In this document: positions 9,322 to 19,146 of the stretch, piece after piece
How the letters are laid out: each line of letters opens with the position of its first letter
Numbering within the stretch: position 1 is the first letter of the stretch
DNA from: an uncultured Muribaculum sp.
GTDB taxonomy: Bacteria > Bacteroidota > Bacteroidia > Bacteroidales > Muribaculaceae
Length of the DNA stretch: 58,665 nt
Assembly: GCA_964578325.1 (NCBI GenBank)
Contig: CAZOCO010000002.1
Location: 1 to 58,665 of the forward strand
Reading direction: 5' to 3'
Notes under the pieces: generated by a model
Database searches by the model: none
What the model saw: the letters and a program-made list of their open reading frames with translations, nothing else
Told to the model about the DNA's origin: nothing
Position numbers and translations under genes: made by a program

Positions 9322-9582
9322 TTATTTTGCGGCGAGCTTGTTGATGTGAAGGGCGAGGGCGCTCTTGAGGTTGGCGGCCTTGTTTTTTGAGATGGTACCC
9401 TTCATTGAGAGACGATCCAGCATGCCTGAAATCTTCGGGAGTGCAGCCTTTGCCTCTTCGAGGTTGTTGTTGGCGCGAAGACGACGCACAGCGTTGCGGG
9501 CGGTCTTTGCGTAGTAACGGTTGCGAAGACGACGAGATTCGGTCTGACGGATTCTCTTGATCGATGATTTATGGTTTGCCAT
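9322..9582 (-). CDS. rpsT: 30S ribosomal protein S20
   Basis: [13 protein letters not shown]...[10 protein letters not shown]20 signature. Confidence 0.98.
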   Translation of the reverse strand: MANHKSSIKRIRQTESRRLRNRYYAKTARNAVRRLRANNNLEEAKAALPKISGMLDRLSMKGTISKNKAANLKSALALHINKLAAK

Positions 9583-9627
9583 TATAATAAACCTTAAATT
9601 GTTGTTGTGTTTGTGTTCTTATTTTAG

Positions 9628-9699
9628 TAGCCCATAGGAGAATCGAACTCCTCTTTCAAGAATGAAAATCTTGCGTCCTAGCCGATAGACGAATGGGCC
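9628..9699 (-). tRNA. tRNA-Glu(TTC), CCA not encoded
   Basis: 72-nt body identical to 9174-9245, followed by CTA rather than CCA. Confidence 0.96.
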
Positions 9700-9742
9700 A
9701 TCGAGGTTGGTTGCTTTTAACTGTTGAGCGCAAAAGCGATTG

Positions 9743-9774
9743 CAAAGTTATAAACATTTTTTTTCTCTCGCAAA
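9743..9774 (-). promoter_or_regulatory. Consensus Bacteroidota promoter for tRNA-Glu-rpsT-tRNA-Glu
   Basis: Minus strand TTTG (9774-9771), 20-nt spacer, TAACTTTG (9750-9743). Confidence 0.8.
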
Positions 9775-10019
9775 TATTTTTAGCTATTTCAGCGATTTTT
9801 TTGTCGCAAAGCCCTGTTTACACCCGCCAATACAATCTTATGGATTATGAATGTTTCAGCTCACGGAATTAAATAAAGGTGTTTATCTATGTTGTAATCA
9901 AATGGTTACGGCTGTATTCTCATAGATGATATTCGGGCGTTTTCTGATGTGTGTTATTATGTATTGTCACTATGATATTCATGGCATCACTGATTGTGGG
10001 TTCTTTTGAGTAATATAGT

Positions 10020-10051
10020 GCGGGCGTGTCACTTTCCGGTGGCACGCCCGC
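10020..10051 (-). terminator. Hairpin downstream of aspD
   Basis: GCGGGCGTGTCAC / GTGGCACGCCCGC, a 13-bp stem with one mismatch, 22 nt after the aspD stop. Confidence 0.55.
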
Positions 10052-10073
10052 GTAAGTGGGGGTTGTGTGTTTA

Positions 10074-11738
10074 TCAGGCTTTGGCGCCGCTCTTGACGTA
10101 GCGGTCGTGGTAGTCGGCGAGAATCTGGCGTATGGCCTTTCCGATGCGGCTGTAGTCGTCTTCGCGCAGATTGGCCAGAGATACTCTCACAGACCATGCC
10201 GGGCCGTCGAAGCCGTCACCGTTGAGCAGTACGACTGCCGTCTCGTTGGCAAGCCGTATCACGAAGTCGAGCGGCTCGTAGTTGGCGTTGAGGTATGCAG
10301 CAAAGTCGTTGCCATAGATTTTCTTGGCCCATACCATCATGTCAATTTCAGAATAGTATCCGGCACGCAGCGGATCGGGCTGGAGGGTAAATCCGGTATT
10401 ATCCCATAGTGCATTGAGTCGGCGGGTGATCATGGCCTGCATGTCGGTCTTGTATTTGTCGGTTTTGTCGAGCAGAGAGAAGGCGGCAAAGAGCGACATC
10501 TGTATCTGTTGAGGTGTAGAGAGGCCGGCTGTGTGGTTGAGGGCTACAAGGCGTGAGTCGGCTACAAGTCGGTCTACGAATTTCAGACCTGGCACATCGA
10601 GTGTCAGCGACGAGTATCGGCGCTGCAGGTCATCTTTTTCGGTCTGTGGAAGGGCGGCGATGTGGCTGTCGAATACGTTGTCGTGGTGGAGGGCCATGAC
10701 GGCGAGTCGCCAGCCTGTAGCTCCGAAGTATTTCGAGAATGAATATACACACATGGTGTTGTGGGGCAGCTCGTACATCAGCGAGTGGAAGTTCTGTACG
10801 AATGTACCGTAAACATCGTCGGTGACAATCATCAGGCCGGGATTATCGTTTTTTACGATGTCGATGAGACGGTCGAGGGTGTGGCGAGAGAGCGTGTAGC
10901 TCGGCGGGTTGGAGGGGTTGACGATACAGAGCAGTTTGACGGAAGGATCGCGAAGTTTGTCGATCTCTGAATCGGGATACTGCCAGTCGTGATATCCGTC
11001 GCGTTCTACGGCGTTGGCGCTGATGTTTACCACGTCGAGGCCGAATCTGTCGAGATGTGGAATCTCGATGTAGGGGGTGAATACGGGCGTCATCAGAGCC
11101 ATCTTGTCGCCAGGCTTGATGAGGTGGTTTGCCGCCAGCGAGATGAAGGCGTAGCACATCGCAGCCGTGCCTCCTTCGGTGGCAAACAGGTCGTAGTCGG
11201 ATGTGCGGGGGGCGTTGTCGCCCATTTCCTGTGCCAGATAGTCGCGCACGAGTACTTCGGTGTATTTCAGTATGCGGTCGGGGGTGGGATAGCTGTCGCC
11301 GACAATGGCCGATGCCCATTCACCTGCTACTTCGTCGTCAACAGCTCCTTTTTCGTTGACCAGATAGTCGAGAGCACCTTTGATGAGGGCAGCGCCGGGT
11401 CGAGTGGCATTTTTCGTCAGGTAGGCCCGCAGCCTGTCTGCGGCTCCGGTGGTGGCCGGCATGCCTGAAATCCCGTTTTCAGGCACGTCCCACACTCGTG
11501 AGGCTTCGGTCATAGCCCATTCGCCCAATAGGAAAAAGGCGTGGCGCGGCTCGGTGGTGATCCAGTTGGGATTGCCTCGTCCGGCGTTGAGAAATGTCGA
11601 TGCCGATTTGCGTGCGTCGGCTTCTGCCATATTTATAAGGCTGTTCTTTAGCTCAAACGGGCTTAACGATTCAAGCTCTTTCTCGCATGAGCGCGATTCG
11701 ATGTTGGTCGAACATTTGTCGGTAGTAGTCATAGTCAT
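10074..11738 (-). CDS. aspD: Aspartate 4-decarboxylase (PLP)
   Basis: LSPFELKN, LNAGRGNPNW, FATEGGTAAMCY, VNPSNP, YSFSKYFGATGWRL (PLP Lys) and LNHTAGLSTPQQ. Confidence 0.95.
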   Translation of the reverse strand: MTMTTTDKCSTNIESRSCEKELESLSPFELKNSLINMAEADARKSASTFLNAGRGNPNWITTEPRHAFFLLGEWAMTEASRVWDVPENGISGMPATTGAADRLRAYLTKNATRPGAALIKGALDYLVNEKGAVDDEVAGEWASAIVGDSYPTPDRILKYTEVLVRDYLAQEMGDNAPRTSDYDLFATEGGTAAMCYAFISLAANHLIKPGDKMALMTPVFTPYIEIPHLDRFGLDVVNISANAVERDGYHDWQYPDSEIDKLRDPSVKLLCIVNPSNPPSYTLSRHTLDRLIDIVKNDNPGLMIVTDDVYGTFVQNFHSLMYELPHNTMCVYSFSKYFGATGWRLAVMALHHDNVFDSHIAALPQTEKDDLQRRYSSLTLDVPGLKFVDRLVADSRLVALNHTAGLSTPQQIQMSLFAAFSLLDKTDKYKTDMQAMITRRLNALWDNTGFTLQPDPLRAGYYSEIDMMVWAKKIYGNDFAAYLNANYEPLDFVIRLANETAVVLLNGDGFDGPAWSVRVSLANLREDDYSRIGKAIRQILADYHDRYVKSGAKA

Positions 11739-11793
11739 TTGTTTTTAGTTGAGGGGATTTTATGAGAAGAGATTATTACGGGATGACGCTATA

Positions 11794-13500
11794 TCAGGCG
11801 CACATAAGCACTATAGCCACACCCATCAGTATAAGCAGTGTGTTTCCGATAGCGTAGGTGACGGTATATCCCAGTGCGGGCACGGAAGAATCAAGCGATG
11901 ACTGTATGGCGCCAAGAGCCGCGGTTGTGGTACGTCCGCCTGCACAGCATCCGAAATTTATGGCCGGATGGAACTTGAAAATCTTGTCGCCGATCCACAA
12001 GCCGAGCAACAGCGGCACGGTAGTGGCTATAATACCGGCTACGAAGAGCATTATGCCTACAGATTTTATTCCGGCAATGAATGTCGGGCCGGCAGTAATA
12101 CCGATTACGGCTATAAACATGTTGAGGCCGAGATTGTCGAGTACCCAGATGGCTTCTTTTGGCACGCCGCCGAGATTGGGGTGGCGCGAACGCAGCCATC
12201 CGCAGAACAGTCCTGACAGCAAAGCTCCGCCTGATGTCGACAGCGACAGAGGTATATGACCTATTTTCAGGGTCAGCGCACCTATTAACGCGCCGATACA
12301 GATTCCAAGGCCGAGAAGTATCATATTTGATTGCTCGCTCGGACGGTCGGCGGCTCCGATATGAGGCGCTGCGGCATCGACTTCGCTTTTGAGTCCGCTG
12401 ACGGTAACAATATCACCGGTGAGCAGTTTGGTGGCGGCGAGTACCGGAATCGACACATTGCCACGGCGAATGGAACTGATGATAACCCCATACATGTATT
12501 TCTGTGAACGCAAGGCGTCGATTGTAGAGCCTGCCGCCCCTTTGCGGGTGACCATAATGTCAATTTTTTCCACGGGGAAGTTGAGGAGTTCTGGATCGTC
12601 TGTTTCCTGTCCGACCCACGATTCGTCTTCAATGACGTATTCACGGCGTCCCGACAATACTATGGTGTCGCCTTTAGAGATAACAGCCGCCGGTGACGGT
12701 TCTACAATTTGGCCGTCATGGCGTATGCGGTCTACAAATACACGGCGTTTCAGTGTGTTTTGTATGTAATCTTCGGTTTCTTCGATGGTGCGCGATGAGT
12801 TGAACCAGTCACCCTCGACCTTGTATGCACGGAATGTGACAGGGCGGTTGGCATCGATATAACCGGGGGTGGTAACTACCGACGACTTGTTCATTTCGGC
12901 TTCGTAGGCTTTGGTCTGTGCTTTTACTTTCGCCAGGCCGCCGAGCATGGCCGGGCCAAGATTGCCCAGAATGTAAGCCGATCCGATGGTACCATATATA
13001 TAGGTGACGGCGTAGCACACCGGCAGGATATTTATCATTTCGGCGGCTTTCTCTTTTGTGTAGCCGAGCCCGGGAATTACATCGCCCGCCACTCCGATTA
13101 CAGCCGATATGGTCTGTGCTCCGGCAAACAGTCCGGCTGTGATACCGGCATCGTAATGCAGAATTTTAGCGCAGCCCCATGTCACAAACAGGCATAGGAA
13201 GCACAGCACTACGGCAAAGATTACCTGCTTTATGCCGGAACCTTTTATGGCATTGAAAAACTGCGGGCCGACGCTAAACCCGATGGCAAACAGGAACAGC
13301 AGAAAAAATACTGATTTCAGAGGCCCTGAAATCGGAATATTCAGCTGGCCGACCAATACTCCCACTAACAGTACCGATGTTACGGTGCCGAGAGAAAATG
13401 TCTTGTAGCGCAGTTTTCCAATCCAGAATCCGATACCTATTGTAAGAAATATAGGTATCGACGGATATGTGCGCATGGTGTCAATAATCCAGTCCCACAT
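11794..13500 (-). CDS. aspT: Aspartate:alanine antiporter
   Basis: AAE-family topology (TM block, two TrkA-C domains, TM block); GPQFF and GYTVTYAIGN motifs; directly upstream of aspD. Confidence 0.93.
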   Translation of the reverse strand: MWDWIIDTMRTYPSIPIFLTIGIGFWIGKLRYKTFSLGTVTSVLLVGVLVGQLNIPISGPLKSVFFLLFLFAIGFSVGPQFFNAIKGSGIKQVIFAVVLCFLCLFVTWGCAKILHYDAGITAGLFAGAQTISAVIGVAGDVIPGLGYTKEKAAEMINILPVCYAVTYIYGTIGSAYILGNLGPAMLGGLAKVKAQTKAYEAEMNKSSVVTTPGYIDANRPVTFRAYKVEGDWFNSSRTIEETEDYIQNTLKRRVFVDRIRHDGQIVEPSPAAVISKGDTIVLSGRREYVIEDESWVGQETDDPELLNFPVEKIDIMVTRKGAAGSTIDALRSQKYMYGVIISSIRRGNVSIPVLAATKLLTGDIVTVSGLKSEVDAAAPHIGAADRPSEQSNMILLGLGICIGALIGALTLKIGHIPLSLSTSGGALLSGLFCGWLRSRHPNLGGVPKEAIWVLDNLGLNMFIAVIGITAGPTFIAGIKSVGIMLFVAGIIATTVPLLLGLWIGDKIFKFHPAINFGCCAGGRTTTAALGAIQSSLDSSVPALGYTVTYAIGNTLLILMGVAIVLMCA

Positions 13501-13620
13501 GGTGGTTGAGTTGTTAAAAAATTCGTAATAAAATATTAATTAGTTTTATTTGGAAAACACATTGTGCTTGTTGATTGTTCAACTACTGAAAACAGAATTA
13601 ACAACATAAAAAATTTGATT

Positions 13621-13929
13621 ATGGACACTACTATCAACAGCGACGTGCTTGAAGCCAAAGTCGCATCAGAAATTTCCGCCGATGCCGCGCAGATGAGCGC
13701 AAAGGCTGCCGCACGTGCGGCAAAGACCGAGTTAAACGAAAAGATGTCTGCAGCAAAAGCAGCTGTAGCCGATGCAAGTGCTAATTTCAGTGATAAAGCA
13801 GCTGATTTCCGCGACAATGTTTCGGGCAAAGTATCAGATCTACGCGATAAGCTCGGCGCTAAAGCTGCCGATGCAAAAAACGGATTGGCCGATATGCTTG
13901 AAAATGCGGCCGACAAGCTACGTCAGTAA
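13621..13929 (+). CDS. Small Ala/Lys/Asp-rich amphipathic-repeat (LEA/YtxH-like) protein
   Basis: ATG at 13621 after an A-rich leader; 11-residue repeats; strong hairpin just after the stop. Confidence 0.7.
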   Translation: MDTTINSDVLEAKVASEISADAAQMSAKAAARAAKTELNEKMSAAKAAVADASANFSDKAADFRDNVSGKVSDLRDKLGAKAADAKNGLADMLENAADKLRQ

Positions 13930-13936
13930 TATTGCC

Positions 13937-13987
13937 TATACAGAAGGCCCGCAGCTCTGTTTTTTTGAACTGCGGGCCTTCTGTATA
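13937..13987. terminator. Long hairpin between convergent genes
   Basis: Perfect 18-bp IR: TATACAGAAGGCCCGCAG (13937-13954) and CTGCGGGCCTTCTGTATA (13970-13987). Confidence 0.7.
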
Positions 13988-14016
13988 TACAAGTTGTTGG
14001 GTCAATGATGAAGTTG

Positions 14017-14601
14017 TTATTCGGCGGTACCTACGCGTCGTGCGCCGATAAAACGTCGCTTGTAATAGGGTTCTGTCGACTCGGAAACGGTGATTCCGCG
14101 CGAACACGATGCATGAATAAAGCTGAATGTACCGTCGGAATTGACTTCGGTTACTATGCCGACATGGCCGACATAGTGCAGATTGCCTCCGCGACCGGCG
14201 TAAAATACCAGATCGCCGGGACGCATGTCGCCATCTTCTACGGCATCACCTTGTGTATACTGTGAACGGGAGTTGGAAAGCAAATCAATGCCGAACTGAC
14301 GGAATATATAACCGGTAAATCCGGAGCAGTCGAATCCGCCCGGGCGTTTGCCGCCACGCACGTAGCGTGTACCGAGAAAGTCGTGGGCATAGCCGATCAT
14401 ATCGTGTACAAAATCCGGGACCATTTCTGCCGGAGTCTTTACCGGATTGATTACCGGTATTTCTGGCTTCCAAAGGTTGATGGAGGCGATGTCGACCGAC
14501 TGTTCGGGGGCAAGAATTTTCTTCAAGGGTGTGACAGCCGAGGCCGACTGAAATACCAGCGCAGCCACGAGGAGTGTCATTATCTTGAGGAATTTTGCCA
14601 T
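14017..14601 (-). CDS. NlpC/P60 (C40) cell-wall peptidase
   Basis: Signal peptide; GTRYVRGG..GFDCSGFT, PGDLVF, GHVGI and FIHAS motifs. Confidence 0.92.
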   Translation of the reverse strand: MAKFLKIMTLLVAALVFQSASAVTPLKKILAPEQSVDIASINLWKPEIPVINPVKTPAEMVPDFVHDMIGYAHDFLGTRYVRGGKRPGGFDCSGFTGYIFRQFGIDLLSNSRSQYTQGDAVEDGDMRPGDLVFYAGRGGNLHYVGHVGIVTEVNSDGTFSFIHASCSRGITVSESTEPYYKRRFIGARRVGTAE

Positions 14602-14776
14602 AATGTTCGGTTTATTTTTGCAAAGATAATAAAAATCTTGTGCAAAATCAATTGTAGAGGGCTTGGTTTAAACTAATTTAACTGATTTGTAACAGATGTT
14701 TGCATTGCAGTCTGATTGCCGAGCTGATACACGCTCTAAAATAAAGCAAGAGCGTGCATCATAGAGCGAATTGCGT

Positions 14777-17440
14777 TTAAGACTGCGGTGTGTATGTGTC
14801 GCCAAGCGATATTACCTCAAGTTCAGACAGGAACTGGTCGAGAGGCTTGTCGGTTGAGACGCTGATGGTGTGTGATTGCCCCGGGAGAAGATCGAAATAA
14901 TTGTCGGAGAAGAAATTGTCTATGCCTTTTATCTTGGCGAAAACGGCGCGGGCGAAAATGTCGGTGGTGAAGGTGACATCATATCCGCCGTCGGTGGGTT
15001 TGACTTCGGTCTTGATGTCGGCATGGCGGAAGTCCATGTTTTTCTGCCGCTCCGGATATGCGATATTGTAGTACGTCTTACCGCCGGTTTCGTATGTGAT
15101 GTAGAATATTATATCAGAGGATTTGTGATCGCCGATTATGTCGGTGACATACCAAGTCTTTACGTCGACGGCATCATTGGCGGGCAGTGTCACAGATAAC
15201 GCTTCTTCATATACAACCTCTCCGGCAAGGGTCATCGCCTGCAGACGCACGTTGCCACGCACTTTCGACCGGCGGTCGTTGACAAGTTTAAGCTCAAGTA
15301 CCTTTCGGTTGAGAGCTATATCGTCGGAACGACGCACTCCGGTGTCTTCCTGCCCGGGTAGTGCCGCTACCTGAATGTTTTCTGTCGCTTGAGAGTCGAT
15401 ATCTTTTACGCGCGGCGATACAAGTATGTCGTCGTAGGCCTTTCGTGTGGCATAGTGCAGTGCTTTCCATCGACCATAATAGTCGCGCGACGACCAAGAG
15501 GCTACCGGCCAGCAGTCGTTGATCTGCCATACGATCGACCCCATGCAGTACGGCCGGTCGCGGCGGAAAGCTTCCATACCCATTTTTACAGCATCGGCCT
15601 GCAGAACTTGTCCTACATAGAGAAATGTCTTGAAGTCTTGGGGGACAATATAGTCGCGGCTCATGTATTCTTCAATGCGATGGTTGGCATATGTGCCTGC
15701 GTTCTGGTGAGCCATCATGACTTCCGAATAGATATTGTGGTCGCGGGGATCGGGATTGTAGATGAGAACCGACTCGTATTCGGGAAACGACTGGAAGCCA
15801 TATTCCGACTCAAAACGCACATGGTGGTCGAAGTATGCTTCGATGGGATCGCCACCGTGCCATACGCCCCAATAGTGGTCGTCTCCGTTGACCCCGTCGC
15901 TGGGTGTGTCGTCAAAAGCCCATGGCGACGAGGGTCGATAGGTGACACCTCCGCCATATTGCTCTACGACCTGTGGCAGTACTTCGTAGAATATGGCATG
16001 TTGCATGGCCCACACTTTGTCTCCGAGTCCCATTTCGTCGAAATAGCGTTTTTTGTTGCCCCAGCCAAACCATACATCCTGGGCTTCGTTGTTGCCGGTA
16101 TATACGGCTATAGACGGATGGTTGCGCAGGCGCTTCACATTATAGATGGCTTCACGGCGTATATTTTCGAGAAACGGTTCATCTACTTCGTAGGTGGTAC
16201 AGGCAAACATGAAGTCCTGCCATATAAGTAGTCCCGCTTCATCGCATGCGTCGTAGAAAGCATCGTCTTCATATATGCCGCCACCCCACACCCGTATGAT
16301 ATTCATATTGACATCGGCAGCGTCGTTGACAAGCTTGCGGTAGCGCTCCGGGGTTACACGCGATAGAAAATTGTCGTTGGGAATCATGTTGGAGCCTTTG
16401 GCAAATACGGGTGCCCCGTTGAGTTCAAAATACAGATTGTGACCGTGTTTGTCGGGGTCGTTGTGCAGACGCAGTGAGCGTAGGCCGACATGTGTGGTAT
16501 CGGAGTCGAGCGTTCCGGAGTTGTCTGATACATGTGCTACCATCGTATAGCGGTATGGCTCACCCAGACCGTTGGTCCACCACAACCGCGGATTTTTTAC
16601 TGCGAAGTTGAGATCAATGGTATTCAGCCCTTTTTGTAGATCTACGGTTTTAGATGCCACAGTGCGTCCGTCGGCTGTGATGGTCACGGTAGCTTCTGCG
16701 ATATCTTTCGCGGCTTCGATCTCTACCTCCGGATTTACTTTGGCGAGTTTGGCATTGACTTCTGGCTGACGGTACCAGACGTCGGTGATGCGGGCGTCGT
16801 TCCATGTCTCGAGATAGACCGGGCGCCATATGCCGAATGTCACAAGACGCGGTCCCCAGTCCCATCCATATTCAAAGCCGGCTGTACGGGCGAATGGAGA
16901 TATCCGCTTGTTGAATATTCCACCCATCTGCGAGTGGTCGGGGCCGGTGTTGTGTTCATAGGGCAGAGCATCAAATTTCGGCACGTTAAGTTTTATTGGA
17001 GAGTGAAAATACACTTCGAGGATATTTTCCCCCGCTACCAGCACGCTGTCGACAGCAAGCCGCCATTCGCGGTGCATATTGTCGGCTTTTACAAGCAACC
17101 GGTGGTTGAGGTAGACATCGGCATATGTGTCGAGACCCTTGAATACTATTTCTTTATGCTGTGACGCCAGTTCACCGGATGTTGGGACAAAGGTGGTCGT
17201 ATACATCCAGTCTTCTTTGTCTACCCACTGAACGCTGCGCTCGTTGAGCCGGAAATACGGATCCTCGATAATACGGGCATCCATCAGGTCAAGATGTACA
17301 TTGCCCGGCACCGTAGCTTCGTGCCATAGTTCAGAATTTCCCTGTCTGAATTGCCAGCCGTCGTGCAGAGGACGTTGTACTACAGTTGCATTGACCGATA
17401 AAATGCATGTGGCGGTGAGTGCTAAAAGATGGAATCTCAT
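14777..17440 (-). CDS. GH2 beta-mannosidase
   Basis: FKGLDTYA, YGWDWGPRL, MNIIRVWGGGIYE, WQDFMFAC, GNNE (acid/base), SEYGFQSFP (nucleophile) and WQINDCWP. Start at MRFHLL (17440). Confidence 0.92.
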   Translation of the reverse strand: MRFHLLALTATCILSVNATVVQRPLHDGWQFRQGNSELWHEATVPGNVHLDLMDARIIEDPYFRLNERSVQWVDKEDWMYTTTFVPTSGELASQHKEIVFKGLDTYADVYLNHRLLVKADNMHREWRLAVDSVLVAGENILEVYFHSPIKLNVPKFDALPYEHNTGPDHSQMGGIFNKRISPFARTAGFEYGWDWGPRLVTFGIWRPVYLETWNDARITDVWYRQPEVNAKLAKVNPEVEIEAAKDIAEATVTITADGRTVASKTVDLQKGLNTIDLNFAVKNPRLWWTNGLGEPYRYTMVAHVSDNSGTLDSDTTHVGLRSLRLHNDPDKHGHNLYFELNGAPVFAKGSNMIPNDNFLSRVTPERYRKLVNDAADVNMNIIRVWGGGIYEDDAFYDACDEAGLLIWQDFMFACTTYEVDEPFLENIRREAIYNVKRLRNHPSIAVYTGNNEAQDVWFGWGNKKRYFDEMGLGDKVWAMQHAIFYEVLPQVVEQYGGGVTYRPSSPWAFDDTPSDGVNGDDHYWGVWHGGDPIEAYFDHHVRFESEYGFQSFPEYESVLIYNPDPRDHNIYSEVMMAHQNAGTYANHRIEEYMSRDYIVPQDFKTFLYVGQVLQADAVKMGMEAFRRDRPYCMGSIVWQINDCWPVASWSSRDYYGRWKALHYATRKAYDDILVSPRVKDIDSQATENIQVAALPGQEDTGVRRSDDIALNRKVLELKLVNDRRSKVRGNVRLQAMTLAGEVVYEEALSVTLPANDAVDVKTWYVTDIIGDHKSSDIIFYITYETGGKTYYNIAYPERQKNMDFRHADIKTEVKPTDGGYDVTFTTDIFARAVFAKIKGIDNFFSDNYFDLLPGQSHTISVSTDKPLDQFLSELEVISLGDTYTPQS

Positions 17441-17551
17441 GGTGGTATTTTGTGACAAGTATATATAAATGTAAATTGGTTCGGATTGCGAAATTAAGTT
17501 GTTTCGCATTCCGAACCAATCGTAAATCGGCCAAAAAATATAAAATTTAGC

Positions 17552-19069
17552 TTATAGCGCGAGTCGACGGGCTGTATTGCCTGCTTTCACTATGACGAGG
17601 CCACGGCGGTTAAGGCTCACTGTGGCCGACGCGTCGCCGCTCCACAGCATGGCACCGGTCACATCGTATACGATTATCGGGGTTGAAGCTGCCACGCCTT
17701 CTACTTTAAATGAGCCGTCGGCATTGATGTTTATGGCTATGCTGTCGTCAGATGCAAGTGTGATACCTGATGTGTCGCCGGCCGGCATGAATATCACTTC
17801 GCCGAGTGAAGCATCGTCGTTTTTGTGGTAAATGCGTTTTTCGATTTCTGCCGCAGACTGGTCATTGCCTCCCCATACGTTACCTTGTGCGTAGATGGTC
17901 GATTGAGTGTTGTTGTAGAGGTCGTATGGGATAGATGGATCGAAGGCTGTTGTGCTCCCTGCGGGAGCTTTGCCGCAGTTACCGTTGTTTTTAAGAATGT
18001 TTAGGCCAGGATTATAATCGGGGTCTGTATCAGCTACATCTGTATGGCCCATATTGACTTGAGATCCTCCGATAACAGTGACACCCCATAGGTTTCCGTT
18101 GATATAGTTTCTCTGGATATATACCTTGGCCGGATACTGCGTGGTGGCTGTCGAATATACTGTGATGCCTGATCCACCATTGTTGGCGTTGGTCTCATAG
18201 TGGCAATTGACAATCTTGTTGCCTATGATACGCGTGTTCTGGTAGCCATAGGCGTTTATGCCATAGCGACAGTCGCTCATTTCGTTGTCTTCGATAAGGG
18301 CTTCATTGGCGCCGGTCATGGTGAGCATGTTTGAGAATGATATAGCGCCGGCCATGACACCGCCCGCACCGACTATTCGGTTGCGACGTATGATCGTTCC
18401 GCCGTTATTGCCCGAAGGGCAGATGTTGAGATACGGATAATTGCGGCCTTGTGTCGAGCAGTCTTCCATGAGATTGTCTTCGATGACCATACCGGCAGCT
18501 ACATTTGATCCGTTGCCTATGGCCGAAAACCAAGTGCGGATAAAGTGGCAGTTGCGTACGGCATTGTTTACCGATGCGGCCGAAAAAACTATAGCATATT
18601 TTGCCAGTTCACCGTTGCTTTCGATAAATGTACAGTTTTCAACTACGGTACCCTGCTCGTTGCCGAGGCTTAAACTGGCACCTTCAAATCGGATGTGCTG
18701 AATAGTGCGGGCCGATGGTTTCATGTTGTACAGATGAAAGCCTTTGGGTTTTATTCCTTCGCCGTCAGGACAAACTGTAGCAGTGTCTGTGACTGTAAAT
18801 TCAGCCTGGCCGTAGACGCGGACAAGTACGGCGGCTCCCATACGGATTGTGGTATTGTTGTCAAAGCGAAAACCATCATTTTCCGCTATTTCAATATCTT
18901 TTACAAGGTGGTATGTGTTGTCGCTTTCTTTTGTCACTCCGGCCTCACTGATTTGAGCGAGATCTGCCAGGGTATAGACCTTTCCGTTATCAGGAGTCTT
19001 GTAAACATCATTTGCACCGGTGGCGGTGAGTGAAAGGCTTAAAGCCATCAAGGGTAGTGCTCTTTTCAT
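17552..19069 (-). CDS. Right-handed parallel beta-helix protein with T9SS-type C-terminal domain
   Basis: Signal peptide; repeated 'I..N.I' beta-helix strands; C-terminal 'VYDVTG...GLVIVK...RRL' resembling a T9SS CTD. Confidence 0.7.
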   Translation of the reverse strand: MKRALPLMALSLSLTATGANDVYKTPDNGKVYTLADLAQISEAGVTKESDNTYHLVKDIEIAENDGFRFDNNTTIRMGAAVLVRVYGQAEFTVTDTATVCPDGEGIKPKGFHLYNMKPSARTIQHIRFEGASLSLGNEQGTVVENCTFIESNGELAKYAIVFSAASVNNAVRNCHFIRTWFSAIGNGSNVAAGMVIEDNLMEDCSTQGRNYPYLNICPSGNNGGTIIRRNRIVGAGGVMAGAISFSNMLTMTGANEALIEDNEMSDCRYGINAYGYQNTRIIGNKIVNCHYETNANNGGSGITVYSTATTQYPAKVYIQRNYINGNLWGVTVIGGSQVNMGHTDVADTDPDYNPGLNILKNNGNCGKAPAGSTTAFDPSIPYDLYNNTQSTIYAQGNVWGGNDQSAAEIEKRIYHKNDDASLGEVIFMPAGDTSGITLASDDSIAININADGSFKVEGVAASTPIIVYDVTGAMLWSGDASATVSLNRRGLVIVKAGNTARRLAL

Positions 19070-19095
19070 TTGACAGAATATTTTGGTTTGGAGTG

Positions 19096-19142
19096 CAAAG
19101 TTATAAATTTTTATAATAACTCACAATATTTGGTTAACTTTG
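19096..19142. promoter_or_regulatory. Back-to-back -7 elements
   Basis: Minus strand TAACTTTG (19103-19096) serves the beta-helix gene; plus strand TAACTTTG (19135-19142) serves ribF. Confidence 0.7.
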
Positions 19143-19146
19143 TACC

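Noticed and set aside
9883-9909. Possible dif/Xer-like palindrome in the AT-rich intergenic region
   Set aside because: Symmetry is weak and could arise by chance in AT-rich DNA.
15389-16231. Long antisense ORFs (also 25815-26648, 29936-30589, 40470-41132, 13536-13916)
   Set aside because: They lie opposite well-supported genes and have no recognisable motifs; this is expected from codon bias.
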